The notes beneath the pieces are model-generated. The model saw only the letters and a program-made list of their open reading frames with translations. It was not told the origin of the DNA and ran no database searches. This document shows, in pieces, positions 35,101-48,200 of a stretch of DNA of 64,000 nucleotides. The stretch is taken from contig CDPCPM010000091.1 of NCBI GenBank assembly GCA_976551045.1, positions 1,860,001-1,924,000 of the forward strand, written 5' to 3'. Both the position numbers and the translations under genes were made by a program. The stretch is from Glaucostegus cemiculus (Eukaryota). Every line of letters starts with the position of its first letter. Positions within the stretch are counted from its first letter, which is position 1.

Positions 35101-35809
35101 AATGACATGCCTATTACAAAAGACTTCTTTGAGGATGTGAAATTACTGATATCAATTTTACTTGTGGAAACACACTTAGCCTTGACTTGCTGCATTTTAT
35201 ATTCAGCAGTGAGGGTGGCTCACCTGGCTGCAGTAGCAGAACAGTCAAACTGTGAGTCATTGAGCAGAAACTGAGAGACTGGCATGCATCTAGTAAATAA
35301 AAGGAGAAAGAGAAATTAAGGGAAAGAAAAAAGAGAAAACTGAACATGGCCTGAAGAATAAACAGAGGGGAGATAAGAAAATGTGGATTATCTATAAAGG
35401 TAAATTTTGGTTGGTAATTCATAGTCACCCTGAGGTAAGAATGGGACCCAATGCTTGCTGCATAGTGAATGAAAGGAACTTTGTTGTTACAAGAGAGTCC
35501 ATCGGTTAAGCTGCCCCTACTGTTTTCCTTTCGTTCCCCTTGTCCAGCAAGCTAAATTTTCCAGTAGTTTATCCTTGACTCAGTCAATGGCTTTCTCTCA
35601 TTTTCTATTACCCATTCTGTCTTCTCTGACCTCATCTTGTCCATGGCGCCTAACGCCAGTTTCCTAGATCCCCCCCAGTTTCCCTTCCTGTCTTGCGTTA
35701 AATGATTTCCTCTTCTCCATTATTGCCCACGCCACTTCAAAACCAACATCATTCTCCTGCTCCACAAAAGCCCATTCCTAGACCATTCGCTCCTTGCAAG
35801 AAACTACCC

Positions 35810-37460
35810 AGTGTGAGGTTATGTACTGTTGAGGGAAAAAAGTTAAGCAGAGTACTTCTTTACAGTGAGAAACATATAAATATTGGTGTAAGGAGGGATC
35901 TCAGTGTGTTGGTCTTGACGTGGAAAAACTTAACATTTAGCTTCCGAAGGAAATTTAGAAATAAAAAAATATATGTTGGTCCTTATTGTGGCTGTTCAGA
36001 AGGAAGACATTTTTGATCAAAATACTGCAGGGCTTTGGTTAGATTTCATTTGGAGCACTATATACAGCTTTGATCAGTGTACCTAGAAAGGATTTACTTA
36101 AAGGCAGTGCAAAGCAGTTTCACAAGGTTGATTCCCCAAATGAGGACTGATTAATTACCCACTGGAGTTTCGAAGAATGAGAGCTGATCTAATTGAGACA
36201 TACAAGATTCTAAGAGGAATTGATGGGGTAGATGCTGGGAAGCTGTTTCCTTTAGCTAGAGAGTCCAGAACTACTGGGCATAGTCACAGGATAAGGCATT
36301 AGCCACTTAAGATCGAGATGAGGAGAAATTTCTTCACATGGAGCAGTTTGAAACTTTTAAAATTATTTTCCTCTAAAGGGCAATGGACGTGCAGTTGATG
36401 AGATAGTCGTGGTTGAGATGGACACTATGGGAATTGGGAGATGTGAAGATTGGGCAGGAAAGTGGACTTGGGACATAGCAATAGCCATGATAATGAATGA
36501 TGGAACAGGCTCAAGAACACAAGAAAATAGGAGCTAGACTAGGCCACCAGACACCTCAGCACTGTCCTGTCATTCAATGTGATCTACTCTGGCCTCAACT
36601 CCCCAGTTTCCCATAACCCACAACTCCTCAATCTTTCAACTAGTTATCTATCTCCACCTTAGATATACCTAATGACCTGGTCTCCACCACCCCCAGGGAT
36701 GGAGAATTCTAGAGATTCTCTACCCTCAGAGAGAAGAAATTTCTAGGCACCTCAGTTTTACATGACCTGCTCTTTATTTTGTAGCTACGTCCTCTTGTTT
36801 ATGACTCTCCTACTAGTAAAAACATCTCAACATCTCCCCTGTCAAACCCCCTTAGGATCTGATATGTTTGAATAAGGTCACCCTCTCATTCTTCTAAACT
36901 CCAAGGATTACAGACCCAAACTGTCCAGCCTCTGTTGCTAGGGCAACATCCTCATCCCAGGGACTAGCCTGGTGACTCTCCTTTGGACTCCCTCCAATGC
37001 TACTCTATCGTCTTTTAGGTAGGGGGACCAAATCTGTGCACAATATTCCAGGTGTGGCCTCGCCAATACCAAGTACTACTGTAACAAAACCTCCCTATTC
37101 TTAAATTACAACCCCTTCACAATAAAGGCCAAATGTTTTTTACCTTCTTAGCTACTTGTTGGACCTGCCTGCTAACTTTCTGTGCTTTGTGCATTGGAAT
37201 ACCTAGATCTCTCTGAACTTGACTCATTTGCGGTCTCTCTCCCTTTAGAAAATAACCAGCCCTATGATTTTTCATATTGGCGTATGACCTCACACTTCCC
37301 CATATTAAACTCCATTCGCCAGGTTTTCATCCAATCACTCAATCAGTATATCCCATTGTAGAATCGCAAAGTCCTCATCACACATGCCTTTCCATATATC
37401 TTCATATCATTGGCAAACAATCAAGGGCCACAGGGCCTACTCCTGCTTCGACTTCTTATC
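35810..37460 (+). mobile_element. Old CR1 3' fragment (+; 35810-36515 and 37421-37460) split in its 3' UTR by an inverted CR1
   Basis: Degenerate RDLSVLV, ALVRFHLEH and LEFRRMRADLIETYKILRGIDGVDAGKLFP. The UTR GAATGATGGAACAGGCTCAAG resumes as TCAAGGGCCACAGGGCCTACTCCTGCT. Confidence 0.8.
36516..37420 (-). mobile_element. CR1 3' fragment nested in an older CR1
   Basis: Tail AACACAAGAAAATAGGAGC..AGGCCA. Minus-strand LARPHLEYCAQIWSPYLKDDRVALEGVQRRVTRLVPGM and LEFRRMRG. TSD TCAAG at 36511-36515 and 37421-37425. Confidence 0.88.
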
Positions 37461-38039
37461 CCCTTTCTTTCCATTTTTTAAAAATAGTTAACACTCTTGG
37501 GTTACGTAAGGAAGAGATTGTGAGGATGATCATAATGAATAGATGATGCTTGATAGGGCTGGGAAGTTTGGTGGTGGCTCTGTCATTTAGAAGTTAATGT
37601 CCTAATTGTATTACATGCACAATATAGATAAGTCTGCATATTTTTACCCACTACTGAAATTCAGTTCCATTTACTTCAATGGGACTGAGTTTTAAAACCA
37701 GATAGTCATGACTTTCTTGCACAAGTCATTGGGGCAAATTTCTCTAAAATTCCCCTCACTTTTGTATTTGATTTGCATTGCTGATGTTCTGTATATCCTG
37801 GTCCTCTACCTATAACTGGATGGAGACCTAGACCCTAGACAGGACACGGTTAAGACAATGATCATACATACCAGACTATACCAAGCAACATCTTGCCCCC
37901 AAAAAGGTATCTGCCACAAAATAAAGACTATAAACATCTTGGCATTTGTCTTCTATTGCAATTGAGCAACATTTATCACATCTGAAATTCATGCCATTGA
38001 AGTCGTTAGAACAAAATTATATTTCATATTCCCTTACAA

Positions 38040-38335
38040 CATAAAAGGATGCATTTCTCTGTTGGCTGACAGAGCAATTACATTCCCCCATTAATTTTTC
38101 CTACAACCTATCGTCACTACATTCCTATTAACTTCCTCCAGATCCTATCACTCACTTGTACACTAGGAGCAATTTACAGTGGCCAATTAACCTACCAACT
38201 GGCGTGTGCTTGGGATGTGGGAAGAAACCCAAGCAGTCAGAGCAAAACTCTACACAGATGACACTGGAGTTCAGGATTGAACGTGTGTCACTGGAGATGA
38301 GAGGCACCAGTCCTATTAGCTGTGCCACTGTGCCA
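38040..38335 (-). mobile_element. Old V-SINE
   Basis: CACTAGGAGCAATTTACAGTGGCCAATTAACCTACC..TTGGGATGTGGGAAGAAACC..CAAAACTCTACACAGA..CAGGATTGAAC..GCTGTGCCACTGTGCC, homologous to 15490-15820. Confidence 0.75.
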
Positions 38336-38564
38336 CTCTAAATCACACTGCTAACCACCTACATTATTAGATTGCATAGCTAGGGCTTACAATAAAGGAT
38401 TCTTTTCTACTCTAAGAATCCCCTCAAACTCCTAACGAAGCAGAGCTACTGGCATGCCTTCTTCATGATTGCATCAGTGTGTTGGGTCCAAGGTAGATCT
38501 TCCAAGATGTTGATGCTCATTCAATGATTCAATGACATTCAAGCAAGATGCAGAGTGTATAATA

Positions 38565-38890
38565 CCATGGTGTTTAGGTAGTGGACTGCCTGGGTTCCTT
38601 CTCTTTTGGGCAGCTGAGGAATTAAAATTGAAAAAAAAATTCAATACATCTAGATTAAAAATTAGATTGAATAATGGTACCCATGAAACTACTGCTTTGT
38701 TGTAAAATCCCATCTGGTTCACTAATATCCTACAGGGAAGGAAATATGCCATCTTTACTTAGTTTTGTTTATACATGTCTCCAGATCCATCAATGTAGTT
38801 GACTTCTAGCTGCCCTCTAGCGAGTCATTCAATTCAGAGGGCAACTTGCTACCTTGCCAGTGACAGCACATCTGTTAATAAAAGAATGAA
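38565..38890 (+). mobile_element. SINE-like repeat, same family as 25780-26085
   Basis: TAATGGTACCCATGAAACTAC..TTGTTGTAAAATCCCATCTGGTTCACTAATATCCTACAGGGAAGGAAATATGCCATCTTTAC..TCCAGATCC..CAATGTAGTTGAC..GGGCAAC..GCCAGTGACA. Confidence 0.7.
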
Positions 38891-39597
38891 CTATATTTGT
38901 TTTAATAATCCTATCATTCAACATTGAGCTGTGGTTTTTTGCATTTACCTAATTATTTTTGTGGGTGATTGGCCATCTTCTTCTTGTACACCAGTGAGGG
39001 AACAGAACTGGAGGCTGGGATTCCCATTCTGCTGGCTCACCAAATTCAAGCATAACATCCACATGGGTATGAGTATTGTTGATTGATTTGTATGCTGGAG
39101 AATTTCAGAGAACTGCTGGAGAACAATGATGAGTTGTCCCTCTCTGTGTATTTAAAGAGCTGCAACCACCCTGGACAGCAGAAGAGCAGCTAGACAGTCA
39201 ATGGCCAGTAGTAAAAGGACTAAAGATGAAACCTCAATGTTTCATCCTTACCTCCCAATGATTTTTCACATTATTGCATTCATTGTATTTTTCCACATTG
39301 TTACTAACTCTGATACATTGAACTGTACTTATAATTTTCTCAGAAATAAATGCTGGATTTAATTGTCAGTTCAGTTTCTGTCGACCTGTTTGCATTTTAC
39401 CTCCTCAAACGGACAAAATGTACATTTAATAAAGCTCTTTACCAGATCTCCTTGAAATATATCAAACAGCTTCATCTATTGTTCTTCAATTACTTAGTGT
39501 AACAACCAACTTGTACAAAATAAATACCATCAAGTAACATCAACGTGAACTAAAAACTGCTTTAAAGATATTATCAAAAGAGCAACACCTTACTCTT

Positions 39598-39885
39598 CAC
39601 AGAGAGCATAACTTTAAGGTAAGAGGGAGAAAGTTTAAAGGAGATGTGCAGAGCAAGTTTTTCCACAGAGGACTGCAGGTGCCTGGAATGCACTACCAGG
39701 GATGCTGGTGGAAGCAGATATGATAGTGGCAGTCAAGAGGCTTTTGGATAGGCACATGAATATGCAGGGCATGGAGGGATATAGATTATGTGCAGATAGA
39801 AGAGATAAATTTAGTTTGGCACAGACATTGTGGACTGAAGGGCCTATTCCTGTGCTGTACTGCTCTATATTTTCTCTATGTTCTA
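39598..39885 (+). mobile_element. CR1 3' fragment
   Basis: HNFKVRGRKFKGDVQSKFF..WNALPGMLVEADMIVAVKRLLDRHM, then GAAGGGCCTATTCCTGTGCTGTAC..TCTATGTTCTAT tail. Confidence 0.9.
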
Positions 39886-40416
39886 TTTGTTCAATATTAC
39901 TAATGTTAATGGCGCAGTGGCATAGGACGATGCTCTATTTCATATGCCATTCAAAACTGTAGGCCAACTCATACCTTCACCCATTAATTATCCAGAAGGA
40001 TTTGCAAGTGCATGGCCCAGAGCTGGTCCTCGAGCTGCTCCATTAGCCAAGCAATCACCACCCAAGTAAAATGGAAATAGGAGAGAAACATAATACAGTT
40101 CATTAGAATATGGTGTACTTAAATAATCGTGTATTTTTACATGTTGGAAGAACTTGGATATCACACAGCAGATGGCTTTTTATAAAACTAAAACAGTTGG
40201 AACTGTAAGAATATAAAAGATTAAAAAAGCATTTTGTCAAAGTATTTGAAGTAAAATTGTCTACTCAACAAATATTCACAGTAGATGTTGTGAATATATA
40301 TAATCTACATTTGCTCTGAAGAGAAGCTTAAAACTTGTGAACCAAAGTTGAAAGACAATTGCCAACAGGAAGACAACCTTATCTCATGTGAAATGTGAAA
40401 GCCCATCTAACCAGTA

Positions 40417-40439
40417 ATATATATATATATATATATATA
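40417..40439. repeat. (AT)n microsatellite
   Basis: About 11 AT units. Confidence 0.95.
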
Positions 40440-42499
40440 GATGCCATCTCTTAGACACAAAATGCACCCTGGTTCAAGTTATTCCAATATTGGGAACAAT
40501 TAGACCTAACTTCATGCGAACCAAACAGTTGTCCTTTAAGAATGATCTCAGCATGACAGTTTTCCACAAAGTTCTTTCATCAGGAAATTCACAGTGCAAT
40601 GCCACCTATAAAGAAACATTCTCCTCTGAAAACTTTTGTAAGTGCACTCTGTAGTTATCCTCAACTCAAATGCTATTTGAATTCATCTTGCCTAAAAAGC
40701 ACCCCATACCATTTACTTTCCAACCCTGCACACTATGTGCCTTCAAGATTCTACTGCAATTGTAATGTGCCTGTAGGACAAAGATGGTTATGCCTATGCC
40801 TTGTGGGCTTGCCCTGAGCTCCAGGTTTTTGATATTCTATCCCAGTAATCTTCAAACCATTAAGTTTCCTGTTCCACATTGTTATGGCTCAGTTTACTGG
40901 GAGTATTTCAATCATTCTCAGAGTATGAGGTTTATTTAATCTATTTTAATTTTTGAAAAGGAATCAAAGAAGTACATTTCACCCATGTGAAACCTGGTGA
41001 TATTGCCTCGCTTACTGATCAGCTCAAAAAGAATGAAAGTGACACATCAAGTAGATCAAACCAATACACTTCTTTTAGTTTAGAGGCTGATCTTTGATTA
41101 TGACAGCATCAGGTTCTTTGTATAATTCATATCAGATATTAATTATTTGTCTGTGTGATCTCTCTAGAATACTTAACACAGTTGTAGTTTAGACATGGAG
41201 TGGAAAATAAACAGGTACCGAGATGTTTTACAAACCCAATAATATTGGTGAAAAGGCAGGATTATTTATGCACTTGTTTTAAAAGGGAACCTCAAATATT
41301 TGAATAAAGAAGATGTTCAACCAAATAATCTTCTGAAAGCCTCACAATCAAAATTCAAACTGAATTATTTTGTTGTTCAGTCTTTTTAGCATTTATCTAT
41401 CTATTTTGTAGGCTACTCATAACCAAGAAACCACTATGATTTGAGCAGCAAAATTGTATAATACATCACAGCACTCTGTGTTAATGAACTACGAGTCAAA
41501 TTTTTGAATGGCAAAGCCTTTATTTCTCCAACAAACCCAGAGAAAACAACAGAAAACAGCAATTTATTACATTTATTAGGATATCAATGGAAATTATTTC
41601 TTAGTAAAACTAAACTACAGAGATTTATGCACCACATAACATTTTTAAAAAGGCCCAGTCCCCAGTGGCTCATAAACTTCATGTTATTAATCAATTTCCA
41701 ACCCTGGGGTTAATATACCACTATGTATAACACAGATGGAGACATTTTACCAAGCCACAGTAGCCAAGCATGACCTCCTATAAGAAATCGGCTTTCCAGC
41801 ATTGGAAACTGTTAATTGATAAGATGTAAAGGAAGCACCACTATCATTCAACATTAGTCTGTTTCATTATCCAGCAAGAGAGTCGATACACTCAGCCATA
41901 TAGTTGTTAATTTTAGATTGATAATTATTATTCAAGAGTCTCAAAAATCTAAGAAATTGACAGCTGCAGAGAAAATATGTCTGATTCTCTGCTTAAAATA
42001 ATGTAGGAACCTGGTTTCTATCAACAGTATAGGTGTTTGAACTTTTCCAACTGACAGACTGAATAAATCACAGGGAGGGATATCTCCTCCAGCATTTCCA
42101 CAAGATTCTGATTGTTCTCTGTGTTGGATTAGAATTGGTATTGAACCACACCAGTTGACGTATCACTGAGTTATAGTGGAAATCATTCAGGTTCTCATTC
42201 CTCATCTGCAATGCACATAAATGTGAGTCTATCTTTAAGAACTGAATGCGTCATGTTGTATGATTTGGATATATTGTTGTACCAGAGTATGCTGTTTACT
42301 TGAGAGTTGCAGCCCTTAATAAAGGATGTTCTGTGTATTGGTTTACCTCTGCTTATTTGACAATTCAAGCAACAACACAAAGGAGACTACATACCCTACG
42401 TTGCGAAGCTGCTGCCTGAGAGATTAGCAGTTCAATGTCCCAATGTGAGGGAAATTGAGCACAGTGTTCTCTAAGTACAGCAGTGACAATGGCAATGAA

Positions 42500-43260
42500 T
42501 GTCCCAGTTACCTCGGTGAACTTGAAAGATTAAAGAGGACTCAGATAATTGCCTGGGCATGAAACATATGGAAACGTTCCTGGGAGCAAACAATATTGTC
42601 AAGGTCACAGGGGAGGACACAAACATAATAACATAGCAATAGGTGAAAAGAGGAAGGTGACATTGTTGCTGGTTACAAGGCCAGAAACACATGAGATGTT
42701 GGTGACTCTACCAGCATCACTGAAATCAAGATCTCGTACAAGGGCAGAGTGAAAATCCTGATATTTTAATCTAGCCCTGTCAGAGATTTTTCAGAGCTAT
42801 CTATGTGACACATGGAACCAAAAACCAGGGGAAACGGTTGGTGAATATATGATCAGACAAGATACTGGCAAGCAGGTCAAATTTCCAGACCATTTGGAAT
42901 TAGGCATTGCAGGACTGATTAGTATGCAGACAGAGGGTGATAGAATTCAGGCAAATAATTGGGACAATGTTTGGGACAACATGTTTGGGACAACATGTTG
43001 ATAAGCTCATAAAAATGTAAGGTAGTTCCACTTAGGGCATGATTCCAAACTCCAAGCAGGGAACAAGCCTATAGAGGTGGTAATTGTGTTATCTGTGTGA
43101 ACATGACATGTGCCTGCTACAAGTGGGTTCAGTGGGAAGCTAGTAGGTCATGTAAGTGGAAATGACAAGAAGGCTACAGGTCATGTGGGTGTAAAAGTCC
43201 AAGGGCTTTATCATGAAAGTTATGGGAGCTACCCTCTCTCAGAATTCCCATTCTTGATGG
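42500..43260 (+). mobile_element. Highly degenerate Gypsy-like LTR retrotransposon gag-region remnant
   Basis: Fragments METFLGANNIV, IGEKRKVTLLLVTRPETHEMLVTL and WNQKPGETVGEYM resemble Ty3/Gypsy gag. Broken by stops and frameshifts. Confidence 0.45.
42959..42998. repeat. Short tandem triplication of TTGGGACAA(CA)TGT
   Basis: Units of 12, 14 and 14 bp at 42959, 42971 and 42985. Confidence 0.9.
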
Positions 43261-43279
43261 TCTGCTGCTCTAAGTGTCA

Positions 43280-43645
43280 CATGGAGCAGAAGAGGTTACC
43301 AAGGAACACGACTGAGATATGTGAAATTATGAAGAGTGCAGATAGGGTATGGTATAGGAAGTTTTCCCCTTATCAAAACTGAGTAAAACCAGAGGACAAA
43401 GGTTTAGGATGAGAGATTTAGAGGGGATCCAGAAATTATTTCACCCAGAAATTATTGAGCTGGTGAAACCCTCTACAACAGAAGGCAATGATGGCCAAGT
43501 CATAATTATTTTTAAAAAGGTAGGTATATTTTTTAATGCTAAACAGACCAGCAACATGAAGAGAAGGCATGAACAGATTGCTGAAGGAAATTATCAGCCA
43601 TGATCATGTTGAATGATGGAACAGCCCAAAGGGTTGAATGGCTCC
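43280..43645 (+). mobile_element. Old CR1 3' fragment
   Basis: GAGCAGAAGAGGTTA..GAAATTATGAAGAGTGCAGATAGGGTA..ACCAGAGGACAAAGGTTTAGG..ATCAGCCATGATCATGTTGAATGATGGAACAG..GGGTTGAATGGC. Confidence 0.75.
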
Positions 43646-44419
43646 AGAAGTAGCTTTGCATTGAAAATGGATAATAGTAACTAAAGGTACACCTTTAAAA
43701 ACATGGATCACATTGAGGGCATTCTTTTAGATTCATGCATTTGCAGTGCTGACTGTTCATGTGCCGGCCAGTGGAAGCTGGGCGTATGCCTCTTTCACTG
43801 TGGGGCAACAAGTGAAGCAAGAATTGCTCAATGATGTCTGCAAAATACTTGGGCAGAAGAGCAATTGCAAAAGTGCCAGTGGATGTAATCATGAAGCTGG
43901 AAACAGATCGGCAAAAAAAAATTAAAAAGCTAGTCAGAGATTCAGATCAGGGTACAGTGTCCCAGAGGAAGACATTCTGATTCCCGGGCAGTGGAACCAG
44001 TCCATTGTGATCAGCCCAAGTCAAATCCATATCTTAGACAGTGCTTTGACCACCTCACAACAATGGGCTACTAGCAAACCTCAGTGGCAGGCAGAGTAGA
44101 AGAAGAATAGGTAATCTATATGATCAGTATAAAAGAGAGGCAGTTGACAGAAGTTTTGGGTCAACACCAGTAACCATAAACAATGTGTGAGGCAAAAGGT
44201 TCAACATAAGGGACTGTAGCCAACTGACTTCAGCTGAATCTGGTACAGACAGTATTGACAGAGAAGATGAGACTGTATAAGTCCTGGAGAAGAGCTCAGT
44301 GTTCTCAAGACAAGTCACCCTTCAAGACTGAATGCAATGCACTTCAGTTGGATGCTTTGTAACTTAGAGGCAATTACAAATCCTCTGAATAATGGCACAG
44401 TCGGTATGGACTTTATTAA

Positions 44420-44550
44420 TGAAAATAAAAAGAATTGCAGATGGCAGAAATCTGAAACAAATCTAAAATTGTGGGGAACACTCAGCAGGTCAGGTGGCAT
44501 CTGTGGAAAGAGATACAGAGTTACCGTTTCATGTTGAAGGCCTTTCCGCA
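44420..44550 (-). mobile_element. PLE 3' end
   Basis: AATTGCAGATGGCAGAAATCTGAAACAA..GGAACACTCAGCAGGTCAGGTGGCATCTGTGGAAAGAGATACAGAGTTACCGTTTCA..CCTTTCCGCAG. Confidence 0.75.
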
Positions 44551-45132
44551 GCACTTATTTAATGGTAGCCAAAACCAGCCTAGCCAGACTACAACAGGGC
44601 AGACTGAAAACAGGCACTTCAGAGTTGGAAGCCTCAGAGAAGACTCAGGAAAGGAAAGCCAGAGGATAAAAGTGACAGCAGAAAAGGGAAAAATCTTGGA
44701 GTCAGATTGGGAATCAGGGTGCAAGGAGTGGAAGCAGAAACACGCATGGTGAGTTTTAAGAAGCAACCACAGTAGAAATTGTTGCAGCTGAGGTATCCAG
44801 TAACGTACCAAATGCAGTGATGCAGTGTGATCTGAGAAATGGGCATCTGATCCCTGACAGCTGACTTTACATCACTAGGAAATCAGCAATTTGTTTTTTT
44901 TTGGAGGAACGGCTACTTGTGTTCCAACCTGTAAATTTATCTCTTCAGCAGATCCATGTGTTTAACTCCTTCATCTATTGATTTTTCCATATATATGAAA
45001 CATTGTCATTGGGGCAGCCAATCATGGACCCAGCCCAAAGTCCAGATTCACCACCCCACCGCACGTACTATTCCTGGATGGGCTGAGTTGAACCAGTTGA
45101 CCACCTCCTGACAACAGCACAGCAAGGATGTC

Positions 45133-45213
45133 AAAGAGGAATGGGCTCCATACAGCAGCAAAGAGGAACGTACTCCATATGGCAACGAGGAGGAACGGGA
45201 TCCATACTGCTCC
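45133..45213. repeat. Diverged 27-bp tandem repeat, 3 units
   Basis: AAAGAGGAATGGGCTCCATACAGCAGC / AAAGAGGAACGTACTCCATATGGCAAC / GAGGAGGAACGGGATCCATACTGCTCC. Confidence 0.8.
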
Positions 45214-48200
45214 CAGACCTCAAGCAGCACATCTTGACACCTCGCCCCCAGTACCTCCTGACTCACTGCTGTAAAATAATAACTTGGTTGTCATAAACAT
45301 TTAAAAATTACTGGATTTAAATAACTAAAGAGGGTGAAGATAAATCAATTTAATTAAAAATACTTGGATATAATTAAAAGCATTAAAATAAAATGAAATA
45401 AGTCAAAAACTTGCCAGCCCCCCTACCTTTCTCCAAAGAAAATCCCTCTCAGTTTAATGGGATTGTCATTCATACGCCAGCCCTCCAGGGGGCAGTGCAC
45501 CTGGACCCTACTTTCCACTGAATCCAGCAGTGAAGCACACACTTGGATACATCAACATGCGACCTTTGGGATATCTCAAACTTCGAGGTATGTCCGCACT
45601 TCTGCAGAAGTCCAAGATTTCCAGATGGACAAGTGGCTTCCCAATTTGGCTGACTAACACAGCAGGATTCATGGATCTGGTGTTTTTTCTTTGCATGCAA
45701 TTCAGATCCTAGAGTGAAAAAAACACACCCAATGCTGTGCTTGTTTAGCCAAAGTCATGTTAACTCAAAGGTTCTTCCAATCTCATTAGAATGTGCCTGA
45801 ATTTAAAGTGGGTGCAAATCAGCATAAACAATTGAGACCCAAGGAAATGCTATCCCCACACAATATATTTCTTCTTTGTGTCTTAAAATGTAAAATTCAA
45901 TTAATTTAACCATCATTCATGCACATCAGGTACGGCATGTTTAAGATTCTGCAATTGGGGCAGCTTTTCAATTTTTAATGTGACATACTTATGCTGCAAA
46001 AATGCATTCAAAGAAATAGGAAACAGAGCAAGTCTCAGCGAAGATATAGCCTTTTAAATGGCTCAAATTATTCCAATCAAGCAACTTGAAAAATGGGTGT
46101 AACTGGACATAAATTCAGAAGAGACTCCAGGCCAAAGTGTATACAATGTGCAACCATTAAATTTAATATCAGCCTTTGTCATTCCGCTGCTAATCCAGCC
46201 AGTGGCTACTGATAAAGGCATAAATAGGAGCTGAAAGACTCCATGATAATTACCTGGGCTATTTACCTTTGGGACAATATTCATCCTTTCTTTGGTTATT
46301 TGATTTCAAACTTTAATTCATTTTTTGTGGTCAGATGTCCCAATGTACCACACAAGTCTAAATTACTTAACACAAATATCTCCATGAGAATTCTGTGTGA
46401 AAGTTCATAGAAGATTTGCAGATTGTGCATGATCTGTAGTAAAAACTAAAAACTGTTCTTCAGAGGAAATCTTCCCCAACGTTCTTTGTCAAATGTCAAT
46501 TCCTAACAAGTCAGCTAAATCTATTCATTTCCTGATGGCATTTCGGAAACAGAGTAGTTAAACTTGACTTTGTGAAATTGCCAATAGAAAGACCAGTAAC
46601 TTAAAATTCTATATTTGAAATACATTTATACTTAATTGTGAATATTGCAAACATATGAACCTATTGAAATACCTGGACATTTTATATCCTGCCCATCAGA
46701 AAATGTTATGTATACTTACATGTAATTCATGCCATTAATTTGAGTCGTTCCTCTGCAAGGTGTTAATTCCTGCTCTGGTTATACGAGCTAATATTCTCCG
46801 AGAAGGAGTTCTCCACTTGTGTCTGCTTTGCATCTTCCAGATGCAGCATATTTGTTTCTAAGTCTTCCGGTCCTTTATAAACTATGTATGTGCAGAATGA
46901 GCCAGTTTTATTTTTTTGTACAACAACTTTTTACTGTACATTAATAACATAATTTTAAATTACTATATATCATTTTATATCTGAAGAACCCCGAAGGCTA
47001 CTGAGCATGTATATAATTATTGCCTACTTGAAATGTGCACAGTCAAGAACAGTACCATCTGAATTATAGAAAACTGTTCTGTTTAGTTTCAGTAGGACAT
47101 TTGCCAGAGGGGAAGAAATCTAGTATCTTGGCTGTGTGTGACTTCAAAACTGCAGCCCAGTAAGACAGCATGGCTTTCTCCATTCAAAGTACCTCTGTCC
47201 ATCTTTCCCTTTCATAAACAGCATGCAAGCTGTGGTTTCTAGGGTCTTCAACCACCACAGTCTCCTGTCAAGACATTTTCTTGAACGTAGGCATTTGCTG
47301 CCACTCAATTCCCTTGTCACCTGTCATGCATTCCCATTCTTCAAGACATTTATTCTTTCAGGAAATGTCTCTTTCCTATCATTAGAACCTGCCTCCATTC
47401 ACTGCGGGAAACCTACAACATCCATCCTCCCCTAATTTTTTTGTGTTGAGAAGCCTCAAACTCCCATGGAGTCTTGACAGCTCGGGGCCATTACCACAGG
47501 AAATGACAGCCAAGCTTGAACCGTCCATCATTAGTCTCCAGTTTCTTCTGGATTAATCTGGGTCTCACTTCACCCCCCTGACAAATCATAATTTATTTAC
47601 TCCAAAGCTGCCACATTTGTCAACTCATCAGTTCCAAGTTTCGTAACTTAAACACTCAGATGGCCTCCCCAGAGAGATTGTTTTATATAAAAAAATTCCT
47701 GTGAGCTTAAATAAAAAAAATGCTGAACAGTCTACCAGTGGTTAAAGACAAACATGCTGTGCTTTATCCTGCATTAAACCTTCTTTAGTGAAATTTACAA
47801 ATAAAACCATTAACGTAGATGAGGTAGTCATCGCGGCTTACCTCTGGAATTATTTACTCCTAGGGTATCACCTCTGACTCTAGATCATGTTTTTTTTTTG
47901 GTTTTTTTCTCCTTAATACATTTGAACTCAAAACAATCAACTTTTAGCCAGAGGGGGAAGGAAATCTCTAGAGGAAAGTGATCTTATTAGGGGGTGAAAT
48001 TACGTTAACCCCATAGTGTTTATTGAAAAGCACTTTCTCCAGTACTAAGCTGTGGCTGTTAAAGTATTATATAGTCAGACCTCATTACACAGGTTTGGAA
48101 TAGCCCATGCTGGCACAGTAACAAGAGTTACGTTATAACTAGGTATCGAAGTCAAGCTGTTTATAAAACTGGACCTGAGGCACACCATTTAAAATATAAT

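Noticed and set aside
43650-44400. Possible continuation (integrase/LTR) of the Gypsy-like remnant
   Set aside because: No clear integrase motif, PBS, PPT or paired LTR can be read.
42959-45213. Short direct repeats as possible CRISPR-like arrays
   Set aside because: Tandem units without unique spacers, in a vertebrate-type context.
47820-47845. TGAGGTAGT (let-7 5' end) in a small hairpin
   Set aside because: Only 9 nt match let-7, and the stem is about 7 bp, far too short for a pre-miRNA.
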